In this document: one piece after another, positions 47,110 through 56,487 of the stretch | How positions within the stretch are numbered: position 1 is the first letter of the stretch | How the letters are laid out: every line of letters starts with the position of its first letter | Assembly (NCBI GenBank): GCA_015233115.1 | Contig: JADFYJ010000003.1 | Span: 104,536 to 168,535, forward strand | Direction of reading: 5' to 3' | Source: Candidatus Omnitrophota bacterium | GTDB taxonomy: Bacteria; Omnitrophota; Gorgyraeia; Zapsychrales; Zapsychraceae | DNA length: 64,000 nucleotides | Notes under the pieces: generated by a model | Seen by the model: the letters and a program-made list of their open reading frames with translations, nothing else | The model's database searches: none | Told to the model about the DNA's origin: nothing | Translations under genes and position numbers: made by a program

Positions 47110-47382
47110 ACTTTGTTACTCTGTTACTCGGTTACTTTGTTACTTAATGATTACAGGAAATATATGAAGATAGAGTAGGGGGCACGCGGGTTGAGGATGT
47201 ACGCGATAAAAAATATAGATAATATGTTAAAGAAGATGATGGCTTTTGTAGAAAAATTGACTTAGTTTTTTTGTTTAATAATCTTAGCTTTAAATTTTTA
47301 GTTTTTGATTTTTTGTATTTGATTTTGTATAGCTTTTTTACGTTTTTACTCTGTCACTCGGTTACTTGGTTACTCTGTTACT
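47110..47382 (+). repeat. Two right-type GTRACMRA arrays in the mosaic grpE-dnaK spacer
   Basis: 47110-47145 CTTTGTTACTCTGTTACTCGGTTACTTTGTTACTT and 47346-47382 TTTACTCTGTCACTCGGTTACTTGGTTACTCTGTTACT; between them 47146-47205 copies the purE leader (TTAATGATTACAGGAAATAT.TGAAGATAGAG...GGGGCACGCGG.TTG.GGATGTACGCG, cf. 14766-14835). Confidence 0.7.
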
Positions 47383-47410
47383 AATAATTTAATAACAAGA
47401 AGGAGAATAT

Positions 47411-49336
47411 ATGGCTAGAGCAATTGGAATTGATTTAGGGACTTCGAATTCAGCGGCTGCGGTGATGGAAGGCGGCCGGCCGGTGATTATTCCGTCTGCG
47501 GAAGGCGCGGGTGTGGCTTCGGGAAAGGCATTTCCGTCTTTTGTTTCATTTACGAAGGATGGTCAGCGTTTGGTGGGTGAACCTGCCCGGCGTCAAGCTC
47601 CGGTGAATTCAGAAGGAACGGTTTACGCGGCGAAACGTAAAATGGGAACAGATCATAAATTTAAAGTATATGGGAAAGAATACACTCCTCAGCAGATCAG
47701 CGCGTTTATTTTGCAGAAGATCAAGGCTGACGCGGAAAAATATTTAGGCGAGACTGTGGACGAAGCTGTGATTACAGTCCCGGCTTATTTTAATGACAAT
47801 CAGCGTCAAGCCACTAAAGATGCCGGCGAAATTGCTGGTTTAAAAGTGCTTCGTATTATCAATGAACCGACTGCCGCGTGTTTGGCGTATGGTTTGGACA
47901 AAGCGGGTAAAGAGCAGAAGATTATGGTCTTTGATCTCGGCGGCGGCACTTTGGACGTCACGATTTTGGACATGGGCTGGGATGAAGAACATAAAGCCGC
48001 TACCTTTGAAGTTTTGTCGACCAGTGGAGATAATTTGCTCGGTGGTACGGATATGGACAATGTGCTCATTGATTATATTATCGGTGAGTTCAAAAAAGAA
48101 TCAGGTATTGATCTTAAGAACGATAAAATGGCTTTTCAACGTTTGCGTGAAGCGGCCGAGAAAGCTAAAGTGGAATTATCCAGCACTGTTTCGACGGAAA
48201 TTAATTTGCCTTTTATTACGGCGGACGCGTCTGGTCCAAAGCATTTGACCATGACTTTGGAGAGATCGAAACTGGAAGATTTAGTGTCCAGTATCATTGA
48301 CCGTTGTTCTTCGCCGATTCGTAATGCCATGAAAGACGCTGGCGCAAAATATGGCGAGCAGGTTAAGATTGACCGTGTGATTATGGTCGGCGGACCGACC
48401 CGTATGCCGATTGTCCAGCGCTTCGTGGAAAAAGAAGTGGGACAAAAGATTGAAGGCGGCATTGATCCGATGGAATGCGTGGCTTTAGGCGCAGCTGTCC
48501 AGGCGGGAATTGTGCGCGGCGAAGCGAAAGAAGTTTTATTGCTCGACGTAACGCCTTTGGCCTTAGGGATTGAAACCTTAGGCGGAGTGTTCACTAAATT
48601 GATTGAACGCAATACCACCATCCCAACAAGAAAAAGTCAGGTATTTTCAACCGCTGAAGACAGTCAGTCCGCGGTGACCATCCGGGTTTTGCAAGGTGAA
48701 CGTCAAATGGCGAATGATAACACGGAACTAGGCCGTTTTGATTTGGTTGGCATTCCTCCAGCGCCACGAGGGATTCCGCAAGTTGAAGTCACGTTTGATA
48801 TTGATCAAAACGGGATTGTCCATGTTTCCGCCAAGGATAAGGGAACAGGAAAAGAACAATCGATCAAAATTACAGCTCCGACTAAATTGTCCAAAGAAGA
48901 GATTGAAAAGATGGTCAAGCAAGCGGAACAATTTGCGGAGACAGATAAAAAAATCCGTGAAGAAGCTGAGCTCTTGAATCAGGCTAACTCACTGGTGTAT
49001 ACAACTGAAAAATCATTAAAAGAATACGGTGATAAAGTTTCTGTAGAAGATAAAACCACGATCGAAAAAGCCATCGCGAGTTTGAAAGATTCCATTAAGG
49101 CTAAAGCGGCTGATAAGATCAAGTCTGACATGGAAGCTTTGCAAAAAGCCAGTTATAAATTAGCGGAAGAACTTTATAAAGCAACTAATGCCCAGCAACA
49201 GCCAGGAGCTGCTCCAGGAGCAGAGCCGGGTGCAGAACATACGCAGGAACAAAAATCTGAAGAACCGCAAAAGCCGTCAGAAGGAAAAAAAGATGATGTC
49301 ATAGACGCGGATTTTAAAGCGGAAAATGATAAATGA
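47411..49336 (+). CDS. dnaK: Molecular chaperone DnaK
   Basis: [23 protein letters not shown], full Hsp70; AGGAGA RBS. Confidence 0.95.
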   Translation: MARAIGIDLGTSNSAAAVMEGGRPVIIPSAEGAGVASGKAFPSFVSFTKDGQRLVGEPARRQAPVNSEGTVYAAKRKMGTDHKFKVYGKEYTPQQISAFILQKIKADAEKYLGETVDEAVITVPAYFNDNQRQATKDAGEIAGLKVLRIINEPTAACLAYGLDKAGKEQKIMVFDLGGGTLDVTILDMGWDEEHKAATFEVLSTSGDNLLGGTDMDNVLIDYIIGEFKKESGIDLKNDKMAFQRLREAAEKAKVELSSTVSTEINLPFITADASGPKHLTMTLERSKLEDLVSSIIDRCSSPIRNAMKDAGAKYGEQVKIDRVIMVGGPTRMPIVQRFVEKEVGQKIEGGIDPMECVALGAAVQAGIVRGEAKEVLLLDVTPLALGIETLGGVFTKLIERNTTIPTRKSQVFSTAEDSQSAVTIRVLQGERQMANDNTELGRFDLVGIPPAPRGIPQVEVTFDIDQNGIVHVSAKDKGTGKEQSIKITAPTKLSKEEIEKMVKQAEQFAETDKKIREEAELLNQANSLVYTTEKSLKEYGDKVSVEDKTTIEKAIASLKDSIKAKAADKIKSDMEALQKASYKLAEELYKATNAQQQPGAAPGAEPGAEHTQEQKSEEPQKPSEGKKDDVIDADFKAENDK

Positions 49337-50496
49337 AAAAAGATTATTACGAAATTTTAGGCGTGGAAAGAGGAACGGAGCAGGCGGATATCAAGAAAAA
49401 ATACCGTTCCCTTGCCTTGAAGCATCATCCTGACCGCGTGCCGGAAAATGAAAAAAAAGCAGCTGAGGAAAAGTTTAAAGAGATTTCCGAAGCTTACGCT
49501 GTTTTAAGTGATCCGAAAAAGCGGGAAATGTATGACAAGTTTGGTCATTCAGGCATTGACCAGCAATATACGTCGGAAGACATATTTCGTGGCGCTGATT
49601 TTAGCAGTGTCTTTGGCGGAGACATGGGTTTGGAAGATGTGTTCAGCCAATTTTTTGGCGGCGGTGGCGGCGGATTTGAAAATATTTTTGGTTCTTCGTC
49701 CAGGCGCGGCGGTAGTCAACGCGGGGGGCCGAAGCGGGGAAGAGATATTCAGTATCAATTGGATGTTTCATTAGAGGAAGCATATAAAGGGGTGAAAAGA
49801 GAAGTTAAAGTACCCCGGTATGAATATTGTAAAACTTGCGACGGATCTGGAGCGAAATCCTCCAGCCACATCAAAACATGTACCACGTGTAATGGAGCCG
49901 GAGCAGTTATGACTTCAGCTGGTTTTTTCCGGATGCAGCAAACTTGTCCGGCGTGTCATGGTCAGGGAAAAGTTATCACGGAAGCCTGCAATCAATGCAA
50001 TGGCCAAGGTATGACTAAAGTGACCCGCAAGATTGATGTTAATGTTCCGGCAGGGGTTGATGATTCATCCCAGTTGCGGATTAAAAATGAAGGTGAGATT
50101 GGCAAAGGCGGCTCTGGTGATTTATACTTATTTATCCATGTGATGAATCATGATAAATTTGAACGCCAGGGAAGCGATCTATATATGAACCTGGGTCTGA
50201 GTTTTACCAGGGCAGCTTTGGGCGGTGAGGTAAAAATTTCAGCATTAAGCGGCCATGTAGATTTAAAAATTCCAGCAGGCATTCAAAGCGGTAAAGTGTT
50301 ACGCTTAAGAGGTGAAGGGATGCCGGATGTGCATAGTGGGTCTAAGGGAGACTTGTATGTACGTGTGATGATTGAAGTTCCAACTCGCTTAACGGAAGAA
50401 CAGCGCAAATTGTTAGAAGATTTCGCGCGTTTAAGCGGTGAAGAAGTTAAAAAAGAAGAGAAGTTTACAGATAAAATAAAAAAAGTGTTTAAATAA
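49333..50496 (+). CDS. dnaJ: Molecular chaperone DnaJ
   Basis: J domain with HPD, G/F region, four CxxCxGxG zinc-finger repeats. Confidence 0.9.
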   Translation: MKKDYYEILGVERGTEQADIKKKYRSLALKHHPDRVPENEKKAAEEKFKEISEAYAVLSDPKKREMYDKFGHSGIDQQYTSEDIFRGADFSSVFGGDMGLEDVFSQFFGGGGGGFENIFGSSSRRGGSQRGGPKRGRDIQYQLDVSLEEAYKGVKREVKVPRYEYCKTCDGSGAKSSSHIKTCTTCNGAGAVMTSAGFFRMQQTCPACHGQGKVITEACNQCNGQGMTKVTRKIDVNVPAGVDDSSQLRIKNEGEIGKGGSGDLYLFIHVMNHDKFERQGSDLYMNLGLSFTRAALGGEVKISALSGHVDLKIPAGIQSGKVLRLRGEGMPDVHSGSKGDLYVRVMIEVPTRLTEEQRKLLEDFARLSGEEVKKEEKFTDKIKKVFK

Positions 50497-50504
50497 TGGA
50501 AAGA

Positions 50505-50606
50505 GTCGTAGGGGCGATCTCCTGATCGCCCGTTAAAAAATTAGCGCTTTTGTTTTTTGGTTTTGCTTTTGCTTTGTTACTCTGTTACTTGGTTACTCTG
50601 TTACTA
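50505..50606 (+). repeat. Solo GC-rich hairpin element plus right-type GTRACMRA array upstream of FmdB-family gene
   Basis: 50505-50536 GTCGTAGGGGCGATCTCCTGATCGCCCGTTAA; 50571-50606 CTTTGTTACTCTGTTACTTGGTTACTCTGTTACT. Confidence 0.7.
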
Positions 50607-50631
50607 TCAAAATTAATTAAAAGGAATTATT

Positions 50632-50913
50632 ATGCCAACGTATCAATATCAATGTGATGGTTGTGGATATTCTTTTGAGAAATATCAGTCTATAATGGAT
50701 GATAAGCTTAAAAAATGCCCCCATTGTCATAAAAGTAAGCTATGTCGCCTGGTGGGAAGCGGCGGCGCGATTACTTTTAAAGGCTCTGGTTTCTATCAAA
50801 CGGATTATAAAGGAACCAGTTGTCCGGCTGCAGATAATTCTTCCAGTAAAGATACGTCAAAGCCTGCTGATTGTCCGGTCGCTAAGAGTGGAGCCTGTCA
50901 TTGCTGCAAATAA
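50632..50913 (+). CDS. FmdB-family zinc-ribbon protein
   Basis: YQCDGCGYSFE...CPHC pattern; AAAGGA RBS. Confidence 0.55.
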   Translation: MPTYQYQCDGCGYSFEKYQSIMDDKLKKCPHCHKSKLCRLVGSGGAITFKGSGFYQTDYKGTSCPAADNSSSKDTSKPADCPVAKSGACHCCK

Positions 50914-51269
50914 GAAAATTTCTCAGTTTTTGGTTCCCTGTCCTGCTTTATTCTGCTATTATCTTTGCTGCTTCATCAATACAGAATGTCGCACTGCCTG
51001 GGAGCGTTCCTAATTTTGATAAAGTATTGCATATTGGGGAATATGTTGTTTTGGGCTTATTGTTAGCTAGGGCGTTGAATAGCATAGAGTTTAAGCTTTC
51101 CTTAAAACAGATTTGGCTATTGGCAGCAGTGCTTTGTTTTATTTACGGCTTAACCGATGAATGGCATCAATCATTTGTTCCTGGGAGAACAGCAGATATA
51201 TGGGATGCCATAGCTGATTTCATTGGCGGTGGTTTGGGGGGGTGGATATGGCTTTTTATCAAGAGGTAA
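50901..51269 (+). CDS. VanZ-family membrane protein
   Basis: FPVLLYSAIIFAASS, DEWHQSFVPGRTADIWD; probable TTG start overlapping the FmdB-family gene. Confidence 0.5.
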   Translation: MLQIRKFLSFWFPVLLYSAIIFAASSIQNVALPGSVPNFDKVLHIGEYVVLGLLLARALNSIEFKLSLKQIWLLAAVLCFIYGLTDEWHQSFVPGRTADIWDAIADFIGGGLGGWIWLFIKR

Positions 51270-51273
51270 TCGT

Positions 51274-51300
51274 GGTAAAGGTTGTAAAAGAACCTGCGAT
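51274..51300 (+). repeat. Unpaired left-type array (GGTAAAG family) after VanZ gene
   Basis: GTGGTAAAGGTTGTAAAAG + AACCTGCGATTGATAGAAAAACGATCGG. Confidence 0.5.
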
Positions 51301-51351
51301 TGATAGAAAAACGATCGGTGAAAAAAAATTAAAAGTTAGGTAAAAATTTAT

Positions 51352-52617
51352 ATGCAAAACACGATTAAACCATTTAAAGCATATTATTATAATCCGGAGA
51401 AAGTAGATTTCGCTAAGGTGGTTTGTCCGCCTTATGATGTGATATCTGCTGATGATCAAGTAAAACTACATGAACGCAGCCCCTATAATTTTACCCATAT
51501 TGATCTGGGAAAAGATAAACCTTCCGATAGCAAAGACAATAATAAGTATACCCGTGCGAAGACTATTTTTGATACTTGGGTTGAAAAAAATATCATTATG
51601 CAGGATGAAATGCCCAGTATTTATTTTTACAAGCAGGAATATAAAATCGTTGGACAGAAACACTGCCGCGTAGGATTTATTTCTTTAATGCATCTTAAAA
51701 ACGATCAGGAGTCCAAAGTTTTTCCGCATGAAAATACTCATGCCCATGCTGTGGATGACCGGTTACAATTGACCAAAGCTTTAGACGCGAATTTGAGCTG
51801 TATTTTTGTGTGTTATGCTGACCAGCAGAAAAAAGTGGAAAATATTTTTAACCACAAAGTGGCAGCGTCGATGCCTATGGTGGACGTGAAAGATGATGAT
51901 GGCGTGCGGCATATTTTATGGAGGTTGTCTGATCCGGTATTAATTAAACAAGTTCAGCAGACATTGGAAGGCCAGCAATTATTTATTGCTGATGGTCACC
52001 ACAGATTTAAGGTGGCTAACGAATATCGTCAGTTCCGCAGTGGGAGTAAAAAAAGTATATCTGGCGAAGAACCGTTTAATTATGTCATGACTTATTTTAC
52101 AAATATTGATTCAAAAGACCTTAAGATTTTTCCCATGCATCGGATTGTGAAAAAATTTAAAGCAGATCTTACTTCTTTAGAAGAGTTTTTTAGAATAGAC
52201 CGCATCAAAAATAAAGCAGAATTGCCAATTCTTTTAGCTCAAGCCGGCCGCAATGAACACACCTTTGTTTTATATACTAAAGAGGGGAGCCGCCTGCTTC
52301 GGCTGAAAAACCGTTTGCTTATTGATGAAGTGGTGAAAGATGGTTCCAGCGAATACAAACGGTTGGATGCCGTCATCCTGAAAAATTTTATGTTTGATAA
52401 ATTAGGCATCAAATCTGAAGATATTATTTATACTAAAGATATGAATGAGGTCATGAGTGCTGTGGATAATGGACAGGCTGAAGCGGGTTTTATTTTAAAT
52501 CCGGTCAGAATTGAACAATTGAAAGCTATCGCTCTTAACGGCGAAAAAATGCCGCCTAAGACGACTTATTTTTATCCAAAAGTTTTATCTGGTTTGACTG
52601 TTTATAAAATGGAATAG
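51352..52617 (+). CDS. DUF1015 domain protein
   Basis: YYYNPEKVDFAKVVCPPYDVIS N-terminus typical of DUF1015. Confidence 0.55.
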   Translation: MQNTIKPFKAYYYNPEKVDFAKVVCPPYDVISADDQVKLHERSPYNFTHIDLGKDKPSDSKDNNKYTRAKTIFDTWVEKNIIMQDEMPSIYFYKQEYKIVGQKHCRVGFISLMHLKNDQESKVFPHENTHAHAVDDRLQLTKALDANLSCIFVCYADQQKKVENIFNHKVAASMPMVDVKDDDGVRHILWRLSDPVLIKQVQQTLEGQQLFIADGHHRFKVANEYRQFRSGSKKSISGEEPFNYVMTYFTNIDSKDLKIFPMHRIVKKFKADLTSLEEFFRIDRIKNKAELPILLAQAGRNEHTFVLYTKEGSRLLRLKNRLLIDEVVKDGSSEYKRLDAVILKNFMFDKLGIKSEDIIYTKDMNEVMSAVDNGQAEAGFILNPVRIEQLKAIALNGEKMPPKTTYFYPKVLSGLTVYKME

Positions 52618-52622
52618 GAGAA

Positions 52623-52750
52623 CTGCGCGCGGGTTGGGACGGTTTGCATTCAAACCAAATCCTTCGCTCAAACAACCTTGGCGAAGCGCCAAGGAAACTC
52701 GCTCGGGGATTCGGTTTAAACGCAAACCTATATTTTGAGCGCGCGATTAA
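52623..52750 (+). repeat. Structured palindromic element, copy F
   Basis: Apex CCTTGGCG-AAG-CGCCAAGG; upstream of accD. Confidence 0.8.
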
Positions 52751-52775
52751 TGAATTTTTTAGGAGACAGTACCTC

Positions 52776-53621
52776 ATGGTCTTATTCGGAAGAAAAGAAT
52801 ATACTTTGGTGAATGTAAAAAAACGCGGGATCCCTGCGGGTTTGTGGGAAAAATGTCCGGAGTGTGACGCGCCTATTTACAAAAAAGAGCTGGATAATAA
52901 TTGGAATGTTTGTTTAAAATGCGGCTATCATATGACGCTGTCTGCCAGGCAAAGGATTCAGCTTTTGGTTGATCAAGGCACTTTTGAAGAACATGACGCG
53001 GAAATGTTATCTAAAGATCCATTGCATTTTAAGGGGCCTAAGACTTATCAAGCAAAATTAGAAGCAGATCAAAGGGCAACGGGTTTGTTAGACGCAGCCA
53101 TAACTGGTAAAGGAAATATCGATGGCCGTCCCTGCGCGATTGCGGTTACGGATTCGCAGTTTATTATGGGGTCGATGGGTTCGGTGGTGGGTGAAAAGAT
53201 TACGCGTGCGATTGAATATGCGACGAAAAACAGTTTGCCGGTGCTTATTGTGTCCGGTTCCGGCGGAGGCGCGCGGATGTATGAAGGTGCTATTTCGTTG
53301 ATGCAGATGGCCAAGACTTGTGCCGCTTTGGCCAAACATGCGGAAGCTAAACTCTTATATATTTCGCTTTTAACCAACCCGACCATGGGCGGTATCATGG
53401 CTTCATTTGCCGGCGTGGGGGATATCATTATGGCAGAACCGCGCGCGTTAATTGGTTTTGCCGGGCCGCGGGTTATTGAACAGACCATACGCCAAAAATT
53501 ACCGGACGGATTTCAAAGCTCCGAATTTATGCTGGCGCATGGGCTTTTGGATCTCATCACGCACCGGTCAGAACTTAAAAAACAAATCAGCCTCTTGATC
53601 AGTTATGCCACAAAGAGGTAA
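52776..53621 (+). CDS. accD: Acetyl-CoA carboxylase carboxyltransferase beta subunit
   Basis: Zn ribbon CPECDAPIY...CLKCGYH, CT-beta domain; start 52776 with AGGAGA RBS, because ORF-track 52644 start lies inside the structured repeat. Confidence 0.8.
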   Translation: MVLFGRKEYTLVNVKKRGIPAGLWEKCPECDAPIYKKELDNNWNVCLKCGYHMTLSARQRIQLLVDQGTFEEHDAEMLSKDPLHFKGPKTYQAKLEADQRATGLLDAAITGKGNIDGRPCAIAVTDSQFIMGSMGSVVGEKITRAIEYATKNSLPVLIVSGSGGGARMYEGAISLMQMAKTCAALAKHAEAKLLYISLLTNPTMGGIMASFAGVGDIIMAEPRALIGFAGPRVIEQTIRQKLPDGFQSSEFMLAHGLLDLITHRSELKKQISLLISYATKR

Positions 53622-53702
53622 TGGTTGCTTTTGATCAGTGTTGTGTATAAATTATAGATTGTAATTATATTAATCGTTTTTGCATTGTTACGTTTTTAAT
53701 AA

Positions 53703-53826
53703 AGCGCGTGGGTAGGGCGGTTGGCATTTAAACCAAATCCTTCGCTCAAACAGCAGCGACTCGGCGTCGCTGAACTCGCTCGGGGATTCGGTTTTAACGC
53801 CAACCTTGAGTATGGGCACGCGGTTA
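53703..53826 (+). repeat. Structured palindromic element, copy G
   Basis: Apex CAGCGAC-TCGGC-GTCGCTG; arms GGTTGGCATTT... / ...AACGCCAACC co-vary; upstream of ABC ATPase gene. Confidence 0.8.
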
Positions 53827-53848
53827 CCAGATTTGCTTTGCAGTTTTT

Positions 53849-53879
53849 TTGCACTGTCACACTGTTACATTGTTACTTA
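53849..53879 (+). repeat. Unpaired right-type array (GTGACAATG family) upstream of ABC ATPase gene
   Basis: TGCACTGTCACACTGTTACATTGTTACTT. Confidence 0.6.
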
Positions 53880-53895
53880 ATAAGGCGAAAGACCT

Positions 53896-54999
53896 ATGGC
53901 ACAAATTAGTTTAGAAAATGTTTCAAAAACATATAAAACCGGCTTTGAGGCAGTTAAACACTTTAAGCTGGGTGTCGAAAACAGGGAATTTATGGTTATG
54001 GTCGGCCCGTCGGGCTGCGGGAAGTCTACGACTTTGCGTATGATTGCCGGGTTGGAAGAAATTTCAGAAGGCAAAATTTGGATCGGTAACCGGCTGGTGA
54101 ATGATGTTCCGGCTAAAGACCGCAATATTGCTATGGTGTTTCAAAATTATTCTTTGTATCCTCACATGACGGTTTATGAAAACATGTCGTTTGGTTTACG
54201 TCTGAGAAAATATCCTAAAATCGAAATTGACCGCCGGGTGTATGAAGCAGCTGAAATTTTGGGAATTCGGAGCATGATCGAACGCCGGCCGCGTCAGCTT
54301 TCCGGCGGGGAACGTCAGCGTGTGGCGTTAGGACGGGCCATTGTCCGCAAACCGGAAGTTTTTTTATTTGATGAGCCTTTGAGCAATTTAGACGCGAAAA
54401 TGCGCGTACAGATGCGGACCGAAATTCATAAATTGCGGACCCGCTTGCAGACGACGTTTGTTTATGTCACCCATGATCAGACGGAAGCGTTAACTTTAGG
54501 GGATCGTATCTGTGTTATGAAAGGCGGTGTTATCCAGCAGTGTGCTGATCCGATAACGATTTATGACCGTCCAGTCAATTTATTTGTAGCGGGTTTTATC
54601 GGTACTCCACCTATCAGTACCATGGTCGGGCGGATCATTAAAAAAGAACGCAGATATTATTTTGATGAAGGTAAATTTAAGGTTAAACTTGTTGAAGACA
54701 TGTTTAAAGCCCTATCCGCGTATGAAGATAAAGATGTCGTGCTGGGGATACGAGCGGAAGATATTTATGATAAATTGTTTGTTTCAGAAGCGCCTCCAGA
54801 TAATATTGTCCGCGCTACTTGTGAAGTGGTAGAACCGATGGGCTCGGATGTTTATCTCCACTTAAATACCGGGAAAAGTCATTTTATAGCGCGCGTTGGT
54901 TCACACAATCGTCCGGAAGTCAATCGTGACATGGACGTGGTGTTTGACATGAACAAGGTGCATTTTTTTGACACGAGCAGCGAACTCACAATTATTTAG
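53896..54999 (+). CDS. ABC transporter ATP-binding protein, MalK/UgpC type (no permease nearby)
   Basis: Walker A GPSGCGKSTT, LSGGERQRVALGRA, Walker B FLFDEPLSNLD, C-terminal TOBE-like domain. Confidence 0.8.
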   Translation: MAQISLENVSKTYKTGFEAVKHFKLGVENREFMVMVGPSGCGKSTTLRMIAGLEEISEGKIWIGNRLVNDVPAKDRNIAMVFQNYSLYPHMTVYENMSFGLRLRKYPKIEIDRRVYEAAEILGIRSMIERRPRQLSGGERQRVALGRAIVRKPEVFLFDEPLSNLDAKMRVQMRTEIHKLRTRLQTTFVYVTHDQTEALTLGDRICVMKGGVIQQCADPITIYDRPVNLFVAGFIGTPPISTMVGRIIKKERRYYFDEGKFKVKLVEDMFKALSAYEDKDVVLGIRAEDIYDKLFVSEAPPDNIVRATCEVVEPMGSDVYLHLNTGKSHFIARVGSHNRPEVNRDMDVVFDMNKVHFFDTSSELTII

Positions 55000-56266
55000 C
55001 CGTGACACGTTAACCGCGTGGAGCCTACTGGGTTTTTTAGCAGTATTTTTTCTTTACGCGGCAGTCTTTGAATTGCGTTTTTTTGGCGTGCTTGCTTTCG
55101 GTGCGTTGGCAATCTTCGCATTTATTTTTCCTTTCCATTTCTATATTCAAAAAAAACAATCATCCTCATCGCTTCATTTGGAACAAAAACAAGAAGAAGT
55201 CAATCTGGCCCAGGCTGAAATTAATAAATTGGAACTGGCCTCTCAATCTTACCGTACAAAAATTATTAATTATTCTCAACTTAAAGGCTTAACTGAAAAA
55301 TTAAGCATGTGTTTATATGTTGAAGACACTTCGCGGGTTTTGTCGTCAGAGGCTAATCGGCTATTCGGCGGTCAGGACACGACCATCATTCTGTATTTAT
55401 TCCACTCGAGAACGGGTGATTTGGGAATATCTGCGTCCCATAAAGGACAGATGAAAGTCAATTTGAAATCAAAAAAAGGCGATATTTATGATCAATGGGT
55501 GATCAAGGCTATGCAGCCTCTTTTGGTGGAAGATACTAAAGCGGATTACCGGTTTGACGTTGATAAGTTTGAAAAGGAAGATTCTCGGCCAATCCGTTCT
55601 CTGGTCAGCGTGCCCTTGATGGGGGGACAAAAGGCGCTGGGTATTTTGCGAATTGATAGTCCGAAAGAAAATTATTTTGACACGGAAGATCTTCGGTTCT
55701 TAAAAACGATTGGTGATTTGGGCGCGATTGGTATTGAGAATGCCCAGCTTTATGAGCGGGTGGAACAATTAGCTATTCGTGACGGATTAACCGGGCTTTA
55801 TTTGCGCAAATATTTGTATGACCGTATACCAGAAGAATTTAGCCGTCATTTGCGCACGAAAGCTTCCGTGTCTTTGTTGATGGCCGATTTGGATAACTTC
55901 AAGCAGTATAATGATAAATTCGGGCACATGGCTGGAGATATTGTCCTCAGGACTTTCGCGATGTTTATGACTGAATTGTTCAAAGATTTACCCGGTTCTG
56001 TAGTTTGTCGGTATGGAGGAGAAGAATTCTGCGTTCTTGTGCCATATTGTGATAAGGCTCAGGCGGGAGATCTAGCCGAAAAATTACGGAAAAAAATTGA
56101 AGGTCAGCCGATCTTACTCCGCCGCGAAAAAACGCAAATCACCATATCTATCGGGATTGCGACTTTTCCGGATGATGCGGTGCTTAAAGAAGAATTGATC
56201 TTAAAGGCGGATCAGGCTTTGTATTCAGCAAAAGCAAAGGGGCGGAATCGGGTGGGGTTTGCTTGA
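54968..56266 (+). CDS. Membrane-anchored GAF-like/GGDEF diguanylate cyclase
   Basis: N-terminal TM helices; RYGGEEFCV active-site motif with no RxxD I-site in front; TTG start overlapping ABC gene is uncertain. Confidence 0.7.
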   Translation: MTRAANSQLFSRDTLTAWSLLGFLAVFFLYAAVFELRFFGVLAFGALAIFAFIFPFHFYIQKKQSSSSLHLEQKQEEVNLAQAEINKLELASQSYRTKIINYSQLKGLTEKLSMCLYVEDTSRVLSSEANRLFGGQDTTIILYLFHSRTGDLGISASHKGQMKVNLKSKKGDIYDQWVIKAMQPLLVEDTKADYRFDVDKFEKEDSRPIRSLVSVPLMGGQKALGILRIDSPKENYFDTEDLRFLKTIGDLGAIGIENAQLYERVEQLAIRDGLTGLYLRKYLYDRIPEEFSRHLRTKASVSLLMADLDNFKQYNDKFGHMAGDIVLRTFAMFMTELFKDLPGSVVCRYGGEEFCVLVPYCDKAQAGDLAEKLRKKIEGQPILLRREKTQITISIGIATFPDDAVLKEELILKADQALYSAKAKGRNRVGFA

Positions 56267-56269
56267 TAA

Positions 56270-56470
56270 GCATGTAGTATGTGGTATGTCGTATGTGGTG
56301 AAAAAGCCGTTGTTGAAAATCGATAGGTGTAGTGAAGGATGTGACAGTAGGCAGTAAAAAAATATAAAATAAAGATAAAATTTTTTTAAGAATTTTGGGC
56401 TAGAATTATTTGTGAATGTTTTTTATTTTTCGGTTTTTCTACATGCCACATACTACATACGACATACTAG
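56270..56470 (+). repeat. Intergenic inverted-repeat cassette (GTATGTN family) between the two GGDEF genes
   Basis: L 56270-56300 GCATGTAGTATGTGGTATGTCGTATGTGGTG + AAAAAGCCGTTG; R 56439-56470 CTACATGCCACATACTACATACGACATACTAG. Confidence 0.8.
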
Positions 56471-56487
56471 TTGATTAGGAGTTATTA

